Notes: generated by a model from the letters alone, not told the origin. A DNA stretch of 60,578 nucleotides from Octopus bimaculoides (GCF_001194135.2 NC_068988.1:31137907-31198484), one strand, 5' to 3'. Positions 39,034 through 52,101 are shown, counted from the first letter of the stretch. A program made the numbers and translations.

Positions 39034-39339
39034 CGCTAGAGACCTACAGGATGGTGTGGCTGTTGCAGCGAGTGTCGTTGGGCAGTATATTTGCTATTAT
39101 GAAGGCGGTGAGCTGGCAGAATCGTTAGCACACAGAGCAAAATGCTTAGCGGCATTTCATCCGTCTTTATGTTCAGAGTTCAAATGCTGCCGTGGTTGAC
39201 TTTGATTTTCATCCTTTAGGATGAAATACGTTCCAGTTAAAAATGGGATCAATTACGTCGACTAGTCTCTTTCCCCAAAATTTCAGGCCTCGTGACTAAA
39301 ACAGAAAGGATTATTATTATTATCATTATCATCATTTTT

Positions 39340-39613
39340 ATAGACGTCGCACAGTATGCAATATCGTGAAGTTGTAGATTGAAAAGTTTGTGTCTACCGG
39401 GGGCTTGTACTGTTTGTACTGTTTGTCAAATCGCAACAAGGACCTCAGACAGACAGTACTTTACGCAATATGCGTGCAGTTCCAAGTAATGCCAACTTTT
39501 GCAATACATCTAGATTGTAGGGTATTTCTAAGGTTTTCAGATTGGGTGGTATTGAATCCAATGCTCCGATGACAATAAGGATAACCTTTATGTTTGACTC
39601 ACGTAGCTGCCAC
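39340..39613 (-). mobile_element. R4/Dong-type LINE 3' end (continuation of 38760-39033, inverted)
   Basis: WQLRESNIKVILIVIGALDSIPPNL...LRKVLSV*. Confidence 0.85.
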
Positions 39614-39930
39614 TGACCACGAGTAGGCTCCGTTACTACTGTTTAAAGTTATACTGTTTGCTTTCTGTAGATGAGCTGAAAATGCCTCTATGTAGAAGGA
39701 AGTGAAGATGTAGCTCCATTGCTTCTAGTTTTGATTTGATGCCACAATCCTTGTGGGATTGGATAAATTAAGATTCGGATAAACTAACATCATACATCAT
39801 ATTCTATCTATCTATCTATCTATCTTTTTTCTTTTACACTTTTCGATTATTCCCAGTTTCAAAAGGTGAAATAAATAATTGTTAAAATATTTTTATTCGA
39901 TTACACAGTGATTTTGCAATTAGTATCACA

Positions 39931-39973
<43 letters not shown>

Positions 39974-40854
39974 ACGTTGACCACTAACGTGGACAATTAA
40001 TGTGCTACAAATAGATCACATCTTGTGTCTATTAAGACCTAAATTGTTCATGTAGATGCTCACANNNNNNNNNNNNNNNNNNNNNNNNNNNNNNNNNNNN
40101 NNNNNNNNNNNNNNNNNNNNNNNNNNNNNNNNNNNNNNNNNNNNNNNNNNNNNNNNNNNNNNNNNNNNNNNNNNNNNNNNNNNNNNNNNNNNNNNNNNNN
40201 NNNNNNNNNNNNNNNNNNNNNNNNNNNNNNNNNNNNNNNNNNNNNNNNNNNNNNNNNNNNNNNNNNNNNNNNNNNNNNNNNNNNNNNNNNNNNNNNNNNN
40301 NNNNNNNNNNNNNNNNNNNNNNNNNNNNNNNNNNNNNNNNNNNNNNNNNNNNNNNNNNNNNNNNNNNNNNNNNNNNNNNNNNNNNNNNNNNNNNNNNNNN
40401 NNNNNNNNNNNNNNNNNNNNNNNNNNNNNNNNNNNNNNNNNNNNNNNNNNNNNNNNNNNNNNNNNNNNNNNNNNNNNNNNNNNNNNNNNNNNNNNNNNNN
40501 NNNNNNNNNNNNNNNNNNNNNNNNNNNNNNNNNNNNNNNNNNNNNNNNNNNNNNNNNNNNNNNNNNNNNNNNNNNNNNNNNNNNNNNNNNNNNNNNNNNN
40601 NNNNNNNNNNNNNNNNNNNNNNNNNNNNNNNNNNNNNNNNNNNNNNNNNNNNNNNNNNNNNNNNNNNNNNNNNNNNNNNNNNNNNNNNNNNNNNNNNNNN
40701 NNNNNNNNNNNNNNNNNNNNNNNNNNNNNNNNNNNNNNNNNNNNNNNNNNNNNNNNNNNNNNNNNNNNNNNNNNNNNNNNNNNNNNNNNNNNNNNNNNNN
40801 NNNNNNNNNNNNNNNNNNNNNNNNNNNNNNNNNNNNNNNNNNNNNNNNNNNNNN

Positions 40855-40885
<31 letters not shown>

Positions 40886-41129
40886 CGTACGCACGCACGT
40901 ACGCACGCACGCACGTACGCACGCGCGCACACACAAACACGCACGCACACGCACACACACACACAAACACGCACGCACACACACACACATGCACACACAC
41001 ACACCCAAACATACACGCAGACATAAGTAGAAGATATTAATATATTCTTTTAATATACAAACGTACATGCGTACGTGTAATCATACCTGAGATACTACAT
41101 ACAATCATATTTTACCTCCATACAATCCT

Positions 41130-41560
41130 AGTTACATAGATTGGCTCTTCAGAACTCCCTGTTACGGTTTTTGTCTGTCATTAAAGACCATGGATGAAGC
41201 TTCTGCTTGTACGCTCTACTGGAACAGCATTCTTTGTGGCTGAATAGTCTGATGCGTGAATGACACTCTCAGCGAAATAATCTACACTTTTGGGCTGTTT
41301 AAGTTGTGTTTTCTGGGTCTATCTTTCCAGTATAGGATGTTCGATAGGATCAGTGCCTGCGCAGCATGGTGTGTAAGATAGATTGTTGTCCATGTAGCAT
41401 GTCTCTACTTCCCCACGTCGCTTTTGGATCAGAAGGGACTGCACGTTCGTAATAATTTGGCACCAGCGTCATTGCAGGTGTTGCCGGAACGAGGTTGTAG
41501 ACAACCTCGAACTACCTCAGGCGTCTGATTCCTGTTTTCCCTAAGAGTTTACTTAAGAAG
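41130..41560 (-). mobile_element. Degenerate R4/Dong-type LINE fragment
   Basis: Minus strand DMLHGQ, KCRL..AESVIHA (CCHC knuckle remnant) and MTDK-like motif in the expected order. Confidence 0.55.
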
Positions 41561-42431
41561 ATTCTCCTATAGGTGGGTGTGGTCGCAAAGCAACGGGATT
41601 TTAGAATCAGAGTTTCCCTTCCGCTAGTTGCGCTTTATATCTCTTCAATGACATCTATGTCATCATCCAGATTTTGAAGTACGCGTATATCAAGATTGCA
41701 TTCATGAAGTTGGTACAAGCATAGGAGTTGGAAAGAAGCTTCTCAGAAAAGAATCTCGACTGAGAAATAGAGAAGCCCCAGAGAGGTGTCGTACAGCTCG
41801 ACTTCAACAGGTCATCATAAGAAAAACTCTATGCATATCAGCAGAAAGTCATGTCGGGTTATGTTGCCAGAAAATCTCAAAGTGACAGCAACATAGATAA
41901 CTAAATGGACTCTATTTTAGATCAACAAACAAGATATTAATTCTATCCCTTTGAAGGGTTTGCTTTTGGAATATATTAAAAAAAATTACAACGAAATACT
42001 TGAACAAAAGTGTTAGGGAGCTGATAAATCACCTACTTGCGACAATCGTTGTTGTCAACTACCGTGATAAATAGTTGCCCGAAAATGTCATCTAGGTATT
42101 TTCTGTATATGATGCACGATGACGTGGCCTAAACATTATAGAATGAAAATCGGAGAAAGGCTAATCCATACATATTTATTCAATAATTCATTTAAAATCA
42201 TTATTAAATAAATATATTACTTTCAACCTTAATTCACCTTAATTCAGGTTCCGGCAGTATTTAATATTTTATATTTCTGTGATATGGAGTCCAAATCCAC
42301 CCAATATGTAAGAAGTAGTTGACTCTAGTAAACAAATCAGTCGTTTCATTAGTAGAAGTTAACTTTTGTTTATCACTTCACTTTATTATTTAACAACTCT
42401 GACAGTAACAGTATGTGTGTACATGTGTATG

Positions 42432-42522
<91 letters not shown>

Positions 42523-42798
42523 NNNNNNNNNNNNNNNNNNNNNNNNNNNNNNNNNNNNNNNNNNNNNNNNNNNNNNNNNNNNNNNNNNNNNNNNNNNNNN
42601 NNNNNNNNNNNNNNNNNNNNNNNNNNNNNNNNNNNNNNNNNNNNNNNNNNNNNNNNNNNNNNNNNNNNNNNNNNNNNNNNNNNNNNNNNNNNNNNNNNNN
42701 NNNNNNNNNNNNNNNNNNNNNNNNNNNNNNNNNNNNNNNNNNNNNNNNNNNNNNNNNNNNNNAATGGGGGTAGAACAAGAGAGTGACAGAGATATTGG

Positions 42799-42861
<63 letters not shown>

Positions 42862-43276
42862 ATAAGAAAAAGAGACAGAAATGTTATATACATACGAACT
42901 TGTTACTGCTTATTTTTGTTTACTTTCACAAAGAATTTTTGTTTAAAGTAAATTAAATGATATAAATAGAAAATAAACCTAATTATCTTCTTGTTATCAC
43001 TGAAGACAAGTATTTCCCTTCTGAGAGTTGAGTAGACATACGTAACTCTCTGTTTACATAGAGTGTCTGGGTCAATTTTGTTTGGCGTAGTTCAAAATCC
43101 AAACACACTTGCTAACACATCATAATCACATGCACAATGATGTTTTATTTCTTTTACCATTTCGCCTCTTTTACCACTGCTACAACAGTCATGATCTAGC
43201 AAGTTGTATACCCACTTTATGCTAGTTTTTGCGACTCACCCGTTTCTACACCATAGGTAATATATCTCAAATCTTA

Positions 43277-44539
43277 TTAGGTTGTTCCGAAATGGCCGCT
43301 ATAAGTGTTGTGTTTTGAAACGCAATTTTATCATAGTATTTTAATTATATTTTAGGCGAATTTCGACATACTTAATAATTAATGTATGCTCTTTAATAAT
43401 TTTCTACTTATTTCAGATAGAAAATATCCTTGAAGCATAGGACCCCTTAATTATGAACATGACAAAAAAGGACCTTCACTTACTTTTTTTGCATGAGTTC
43501 AAGCTTGGGCACAATGCCTCCCAAACTGCTGCCACTGTCAACAGAGCATGGGGTGAGGGGTACACAAGTGATCGCACAGTACGAAGGTGGTTTAGTAAAT
43601 TCCGTAGTGGTGATGAGAGCCTTGAAAATGAAGAAAGTAGAGGACGATCATGCAATTTTGACAATGAACAATTGAAAGCGATTGTTGAACAAAACCCACG
43701 TCAAAGTGTCAGAGAAATGTCTCAGGCACTTGGTGTCAATATTGCAACGATCTCACGCAATCTGCAGAAGATTGGTAAGGTGAAAAAGCTCGATAAATGA
43801 GTACTTAATGAGCTCAATGAAAATCAAACAGTTCGGCGTTTTGAAGTGTGCTCGGTGCTGTTTCTGTGAAACACCAATGATCCTTTTCCTGAGCGAATAG
43901 TCACTTGTGACGAAAAATGGATCCTTTATGATAACCACAAACGATCAGGTCAATGGCTTGAGCGTGATGAGTCCCCCAAACATTTCCCAAAGCCAAAGTT
44001 GCATCAGCAAAAAATTAATTGTGACTGTCTGGTGGTCTGCAATTGGTATTGTCCATTACAGATTTCTGGAAGCCAATCAGAGCATTGTAGTAGAGGTTTA
44101 CTGCAATCAACTCACTGAAATACATGCTCACTTGCATTGGTGAATCGGCGTGGCCCAATTCTGCTCCACGATAATGCAAAGCCACATGTTGCAAGAATAA
44201 CGCTGCAGAAACTCACAGACTTGGAATACGAGACTTTACCACATCCTCCATATTCTCCTGATCTTTCACTCAGTGACTACCATTTTTTAAAGCATTTAAA
44301 CATGTTTTAAATGATAAAACTTTCAGGTCCAAACCAGAGGTGGAATTAGCTTACAAAAATTTCTTAGCATCAAAGCCAATACGTTTTTATCAACGAGGCA
44401 TAAATAATCTCGTTGATCGAGGGAAGAGATGAATAGATGTTCACGGCTCATACTTTGACTAATCAAACATATTTATTGTTAATTTTTCCAGAATAAAATT
44501 ATGCTTTTGAAATCGGCCATTATTTTCGGAACAACCTAA
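43277..44539 (+). mobile_element. Mariner transposon, cecropia/Hsmar1-like, full length (1263 bp), pseudogenised
   Basis: TIRs TTAGGTTGTTCCGAAA(ATAA)TGGCCG; TA duplications at 43275-43276 and 44540-44541. ORF remnant 43453-44462 has KLDK*VLNEL (WVPHEL), TCDEKW, HDNAKPH and YSPDLSLSD with D,D34D spacing; at least 2 stops and 2 frameshifts. Confidence 0.95.
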
Positions 44540-44740
44540 TATAATCCTTCACCCGGATTATGTCATCCACAACCTGAACCTTGCTCATGGTTTAGCTGAG
44601 TCCACATTGGAGACGTTCTCACAGCTTTCAGACCTGAGGATAAATAGAAATATTTTGTTAGAGCACTCTTCGCCGGTCATGGACGTCGTGCAAAAGATAC
44701 GGACATTGATATTCGTCTTCTGTCTGAACCATAAGAGATA

Positions 44741-44891
<151 letters not shown>

Positions 44892-45010
44892 TGTGTGTGT
44901 TGTATTGGATGGTCATATTGCCAGTTTAGCCAATAAAAACACACGCACTGTATATTTGGTGTTAATTTGCTTCAGCTTTATATTACATTACATTACCTTA
45001 ATCCTATTTC

Positions 45011-45054
45011 GGCCAGAGTTCTTTCGTCACACTTCTGTGACCTCATCAGTGGTC
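45011..45054 (-). ncRNA. Minimal type I hammerhead ribozyme candidate
   Basis: GACCA-CTGATGA-G-GTCACA-GAAG-TGTGAC-GAAA-G-AA-C-TC-TGGCC: intact core, 6-bp stem II, stem I 4/5 bp, very short stem III. Confidence 0.65.
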
Positions 45055-45373
45055 TTTTGCTTTCTTCTTTCTTATGTGTGTCTCACCTTGCTAACTATCA
45101 GCCATTTTGTATTTTGTATTCCTATTGCATGTGTCTACGCATGCGTATCCCTCAATGTGTGTCTATGTTTTGTAAGTGCATGTATGTGTATGAGGAGTGC
45201 CTGTATTATCTATATCCTCTGTTAATATATGTTCGTTTATTTTTGTTTTTATTTATTTATTTGTTCATGTGTTTATACCTATTTTTTGGTGCTTTTTTGT
45301 ACTTAATTTAATTTTGTTAACGTATGTAGTATTTAATTCCATTTGTTTATCTATATATTGTATTATATTTTGT

Positions 45374-45864
45374 TCATATTGTTTCTATGTTGTTGAGTGA
45401 GCCTCCGTGTTCCTGCTCAGCGTGCTGGTACAGAACTGATAAGCTCTTCTCTTCCTTAAGTTCCTTCCAATCTCCATTTACTCGCTCTCCTATGCTCCTT
45501 GCTGTTTCCCCTAAATGCATCGTTGTCTTGTTATTGCATCGTCCCTCTGTACATATTATACTATAGACCACATTTCTGGTTTTACAGTTTGTTTGTGGGC
45601 TAAATCTACATACAGTACAGTTCCTATCATTGCAGGGGGTTCTACTAAAAGGGTATGTTCTACTGATAAGGGATTTGATAGGGTTGCCTGGCCTTTCAAC
45701 AACCTTAATTCTTAGCTTAAGTTTGTCTAGGGCCCTTGTAAAGCGGTACGCCAGTTCGCCTCTAGGGGTGGTGTCGACGAACATGACGCTCTGGTATTTG
45801 TGGCTATCATACCATGAGTTGGCCTTCCCTATTTTCTTCTTAATCCTTTTAATGGTGTTCAATG
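45374..45864 (-). mobile_element. Penelope-like element ORF end: linker plus GIY-YIG endonuclease (Neptune-like)
   Basis: 163 open codons with CNDRNCTVC...CKTRNVVYSIIC...C...HLGETARSIGER...HAEQEH. The upstream part is lost in the gap. Confidence 0.85.
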
Positions 45865-46827
45865 NNNNNNNNNNNNNNNNNNNNNNNNNNNNNNNNNNNN
45901 NNNNNNNNNNNNNNNNNNNNNNNNNNNNNNNNNNNNNNNNNNNNNNNNNNNNNNNNNNNNNNNNNNNNNNNNNNNNNNNNNNNNNNNNNNNNNNNNNNNN
46001 NNNNNNNNNNNNNNNNNNNNNNNNNNNNNNNNNNNNNNNNNNNNNNNNNNNNNNNNNNNNNNNNNNNNNNNNNNNNNNNNNNNNNNNNNNNNNNNNNNNN
46101 NNNNNNNNNNNNNNNNNNNNNNNNNNNNNNNNNNNNNNNNNNNNNNNNNNNNNNNNNNNNNNNNNNNNNNNNNNNNNNNNNNNNNNNNNNNNNNNNNNNN
46201 NNNNNNNNNNNNNNNNNNNNNNNNNNNNNNNNNNNNNNNNNNNNNNNNNNNNNNNNNNNNNNNNNNNNNNNNNNNNNNNNNNNNNNNNNNNNNNNNNNNN
46301 NNNNNNNNNNNNNNNNNNNNNNNNNNNNNNNNNNNNNNNNNNNNNNNNNNNNNNNNNNNNNNNNNNNNNNNNNNNNNNNNNNNNNNNNNNNNNNNNNNNN
46401 NNNNNNNNNNNNNNNNNNNNNNNNNNNNNNNNNNNNNNNNNNNNNNNNNNNNNNNNNNNNNNNNNNNNNNNNNNNNNNNNNNNNNNNNNNNNNNNNNNNN
46501 NNNNNNNNNNNNNNNNNNNNNNNNNNNNNNNNNNNNNNNNNNNNNNNNNNNNNNNNNNNNNNNNNNNNNNNNNNNNNNNNNNNNNNNNNNNNNNNNNNNN
46601 NNNNNNNNNNNNNNNNNNNNNNNNNNNNNNNNNNNNNNNNNNNNNNNNNNNNNNNNNNNNNNNNNNNNNNNNNNNNNNNNNNNNNNNNNNNNNNNNNNNN
46701 NNNNNNNNNNNNNNNNNNNNNNNNNNNNNNNNNNNNNNNNNNNNNNNNNNNNNNNNNNNNNNNNNNNNNNNNNNNNNNNNNNNNNNNNNNNNNNNNNNNN
46801 NNNNNNNNNNNNNNNNNNNNNNNNNNN

Positions 46828-46859
<32 letters not shown>

Positions 46860-46899
46860 CCATACATACAAGCATACATACACATACAGACACAAATTC

Positions 46900-46945
<46 letters not shown>

Positions 46946-47608
46946 ACGCATCCATACATATTGTATGTGTCTATAAATGTACGCATGTGTACATATCCAT
47001 TCAAACATGTGAGTAATCGTATATACATGTATATACTTGTAACAATACCTGAAAACAGGGTGTGCAGAGATGTTATTTTTATAACAGTGGACATCATGTA
47101 AACACGAGTGTGCCAATAGCTAAATCTAAAATTTGTGATATTTTCGCCAAACAATTGACCTTCCATAAGCATTTTCCCCTACGGTATACCATTTTAAACT
47201 ATAATTCTGTTCTATATCAGGATTTTAAGAAACCCGTTCAGTAAACACAGCAAAATGAGCCACTTGGCACTTTCAAACATTACCATATCAACTAACTGGA
47301 TTTTCGATTTCCAATATAGAACTTGCTAGTGTGTTTTGAATGTGTCAATTGTATTAACACTTGCGTATGTAAATATACATCACATCTCTTTCTCTATCCC
47401 CACACTCTCTCGCTTGTTCTCCCTTTCTCTCTCTCCTCTCTGCCCCCTCTGTCTCCTTTTCCCTCTCTCTATATATAAGCATATATATATATGTATATTT
47501 ATATATTGATGTAAATATATATGCTTATGTACATGTTTATATACATACATGTTTATATATATATATATGTATGTATACACACATACATATCTTTATCTAT
47601 CTATCTAC

Positions 47609-47668
<60 letters not shown>

Positions 47669-48710
47669 TTATTTCTCTCTTTCTCTCTCTCCCTATATAT
47701 ATATATTATATACCTCTGTCTAACAATCTGTGTCTCTGTATCTCCCAATCTACGTATCTGCATATGGATATACACATACATGCACGTACACATATTTTGT
47801 ATATATGGATATATGTGCGCATACACACATATACACACACATACATAGGGCGTTATATACATATTGGTGCCCTAGATAGGACACGGCTTGTGTAGGCAGT
47901 GCACACAGAAGTATCATTGGTAGAATAGATTTTTCCCCTTTCACCCCTTTTTATCATCCTTACTTCTATATTCGCTTTTACCTTCCCTCCATTATTTTCA
48001 TGTTCACTGCGTTATATGTATAAGTGTGTTTGTATGTCAGCGTGCCTCTTCTTTATAAAGATGCTATTATATCTTCCTAGCTGTATATGCTACTTAAGCA
48101 TCAAAACACTTTAGTATTTTTATTCCAAAGTTTTTCACCATATTTCCATGAAACACAAACAAACGACCATGGCGGTTTGAGACTAGTTTCTTATTTTAAA
48201 ATCGGAAAGATTCCAATTCGTCAACAGGCATTTCGTTCTCAGAAGCATTTCCATTGCTAATTTACTTATCAATTACTAGAAAGCTAAATAAAGATTCAGA
48301 CAACAGTTCCGTTGCCGAAAGACACGAAAAGACAGAAAACAGACATTTGGTTCAAATGACTATTTTTCTTAATGTTTATATTAAAAACTTTTTTCGTCAA
48401 TTTTGTTATTTTTCTTTAATTTCTTGTGATGTGCTATATATTTTATTATTTTTATGGAAATTCGTTTCTTTTATCTGGGGGCTAAGGAAAGTTCATTATG
48501 TGATTGCATGTCTGGAGTAGAGAGTTAAGTAGATGTATCTATGCTCGTATGAGTGCACGCGCATGTGTGTATGAGAGAGTGTGCATGAATGGTGTATGTG
48601 TGCGCGCGCGAGTATGTGATGGTGGATGTATGCTTAGAATCATTTAGACACGAACATATACACATATCTTATATCAATGTGTGTGCTTATTCCCATCAAT
48701 CTATAATATT

Positions 48711-48810
<100 letters not shown>

Positions 48811-49256
48811 ACTGTCTGTCTGTCTCTATGTCTTTCTCTATTCTCCCCCTGATTCTGACTTCCTCTGTCTTTGCGTACAAATTTTATTACATACATACAT
48901 ACATACATACATACACAATAAACACAAACATGCATACGCACGTACACACATACGTACATACATATACGCGCGTGCTTGCACAGACACACTAGCATAAATG
49001 AACTACATGCCTTTTTTATCTCACGAATCGAGTTTCACGTCCATGCGTTTTCAGGCAACTGTTATTTTTCGTTATTTCGTTATACATTTATACATTGAAC
49101 GTATACATTCTTCTGTGCTTCTATAATTTACTTTGTCGATTTTATAGATATCTTTTGATAAGGTGATGTAGTTCATGTATTAATATCTTTCTTTCCATTT
49201 CCCAATTAAGTGTGTTTTCTCCACTGCTCTTTAACTTGTCAATTTTTTTCATTAGT

Positions 49257-49504
49257 AAAGTGGTATATTTTTCATCACTGTCGTTTGTTGCATTTCATTA
49301 TCCAGTTTGCTGGTTGTCGTGTCTCTACTAGTAGAGACAAGATTTAATTATATCACAAAAATTTCCTAAGTTCGAAATCTATGAACGTCACAACACTCCT
49401 TATATTGAGCCCAGAGTATATTAATTAGGTACACCATGGAAAACATGTCTCTTCGAATCTTTATATATTTAAATGTATTTGTTCTGTCTTTCTTTCTCCT
49501 GCTG

Positions 49505-49536
<32 letters not shown>

Positions 49537-49597
49537 TGTATGTATGTATGTATGTACGTATGTTTGTGCGTGTGTGTGTATGCATGTATACACACAC

Positions 49598-49678
<81 letters not shown>

Positions 49679-50411
49679 TATATATGTATAAATCTATCTA
49701 TCTATCTCTGTTAAGAAGGTAATGTTCTCAAAAAAAAAAAAAAGAAAGAACAAGGGGACAAGTTGTAAGAAATGTATTAGTGTAACGCTTAAAAGGAATG
49801 TAATAGACAAAATGACGTCGAAAATGCACAGAGAATTAGAAGCAGTTAGAATTAAACTAGATTTTGAAATATAGGAATACACTTTACCGGATTCACAGTG
49901 TATAGTATATGGAGCTATGTCGCAAATTACGTCTATTCTAGCCATTGGTATAAAAATAGTTTGTTTTTAAAATAGGAATTGGCTCAGTACGTTATCCGTT
50001 AACGTACTAATTGATTCGTCAACGTTCAAGTATTAACCTCATGTTTTCTTAGAGGAGAGAAGTTCTCTAGTTGTTCACTGGCATTGAATAGATATAGATG
50101 GAGACACAACCTGGTCCTTAAGCTTATCTTCAATGCTATAAAGAACCAAATTGCTCTCATCAATAGTAGAAAAAAACTGATGAAAGAACCATCTAGAGAT
50201 TTCATAACCTTCGTGCGCTCAGGACTGTAAATCCGTTACGAGTAGAAGAAACTTCAAGTGAGCGATAAAAAGTGAAGCGGCTATTGGGTATTGGGTGTTG
50301 GAGAAATTTTTGTGATACAATTAAATCTTGTCTCTACTAGTAGAGGCACGACAACCAGCAAACTGGATAATGAAATGCAACAAACGACAGTGATGAAAAA
50401 TATACCACTTT
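49257..50411. repeat. 109-bp inverted repeat pair (49257-49365 and 50303-50411)
   Basis: 2 mismatches in 109 bp; internal 20-bp palindrome TGTCTCTACTAGTAGAGACA. Confidence 0.95.
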
Positions 50412-50726
50412 TTTAAGATTGTCACAGAGTAATTCAGTAAATATAGTGCTGGACTCTGAAACATTTACATCATCAATGTCTGTTGTAGAATTTATTAGAA
50501 GAGCTGTAACACGGATTAATTCAGATCTCAGGTCATATTATTATTGTATTTGGCTTGTCACGCCAAATGAACGAACATCCCATGGTTAGGTAAGGAATTC
50601 GCAATTGAGATATTGGAGACCAGTGTTCCAAGATAATTTAAAATGCTATGGCGTGTCTGAGTGGGCGGACCTTTTTCTACATCCAAAACCCGATTTATGT
50701 GCTTTTGATAAGCTTTTTCAGATAAA

Positions 50727-50787
50727 GTTAAGGTTTTCCCCACTCTATGGGTTGCCATTGCTCCCCATAGAGTGGGAAAACCTTAAC
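50727..50787. other. Near-perfect 61-nt hairpin
   Basis: GTTAAGGTTTTCCCCACTCTATGGG / CCCATAGAGTGGGAAAACCTTAAC: 24 bp, one bulged C, 12-nt loop. Confidence 0.9.
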
Positions 50788-51876
50788 GTGGAGACTTTGT
50801 TATATATTTCAAGGGTATTACTTTAGTTATATTTGGATTATCAGCAACTTTGAAGTCATTAAAGTCGGTTGGATGATAAAGTGCTCAAAGTAAAAAGAGC
50901 TTCTTCTAAACTGATTTCCCCAGATGTTCGCATTTTGGGCTCGAAAGCATTCAAGTCTGCTACAGGGTAAAAAAGATATATNNNNNNNNNNNNNNNNNNN
51001 NNNNNNNNNNNNNNNNNNNNNNNNNNNNNNNNNNNNNNNNNNNNNNNNNNNNNNNNNNNNNNNNNNNNNNNNNNNNNNNNNNNNNNNNNNNNNNNNNNNN
51101 NNNNNNNNNNNNNNNNNNNNNNNNNGTGTGTGTGTGTGTGTGTGTGTATGTGTGTGTTTGTGTGTATGTGTGTGTGTGTTTGTGTGTGTGTGTTTTGCAA
51201 ACAAATTGTATGTGCAAGTGCTACCAGTCGAAACCTCCGCATACCGATAGCCAGTATAAATGTCCACACACACACACACACACACACATGTCAAAAGGAT
51301 GTGTTATAACAGTATCCCACATATACCAAAACAACCATACCAAATAATTCAACATACCTCCATCATCAGCTGCCCCGCAGATATCATTATAGTTTCGACA
51401 CCTGGGAAGTACCATTCAATCCGGCGGTGTCAACAGCACTAAACGAAGTGTTGTTTGGGAACAAACATACCAAAAAAAAAAACCACAACTTTCAAGCACA
51501 TTTACTCTATGTACAACGGTATCCAATCTAAATATAGGCAGGATTAAACACTAACTTTAGAATTATACTACAACAAGAAACACATACATCTATGTACATC
51601 TGTATCAGTATTAATAGTAAACCTACAACAACTGAATTATATACTAAATAGCGACTAATCTTTAAGTCCATACAAATAAAATCCCAATAGTCTTCCATAG
51701 TTACTACTATAACAAAAGAAAGTGAAAGCTTTATTTCAATTCTCTCCCCGCAAAAAAAAAACAGGATTGAATTTAATTTAACGAATAATATAATAACTAT
51801 GAGTGAAATACGTTATTTCATAATTCAAAAGTTAATATATACATACATAATACAGAAATATTATTATGCAAATCAT

Positions 51877-52101
51877 TATAAACAGTTAGGCGCAATATAT
51901 TAATAGTACCATGAAGGAACAATTTTATCGTCACTAATTGTGACAGAGGGTACCGAGGCAGTATATATATTCTGCACTTTATACAGTATCAAGTATTTTT
52001 AACTCTTGTATCTTGCAATATAGGTGCTTCGGCACCCTCGGTTACAGTTAGTAGCTATAAAAGTTTCCTTTATGGTATTATATTGCGCCTAGCTGTTTAT
52101 A
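51877..52101. mobile_element. Foldback/MITE-like element with ~80-bp imperfect arms
   Basis: 51877-51960 is the diverged reverse complement of 52025-52101. Confidence 0.65.

Noticed and set aside
41105-41150. Hammerhead-like CTGAAGAG plus CAATC/GATTG stem on the minus strand
   Set aside because: No GAAA follows the stem and there is no stem I or III.
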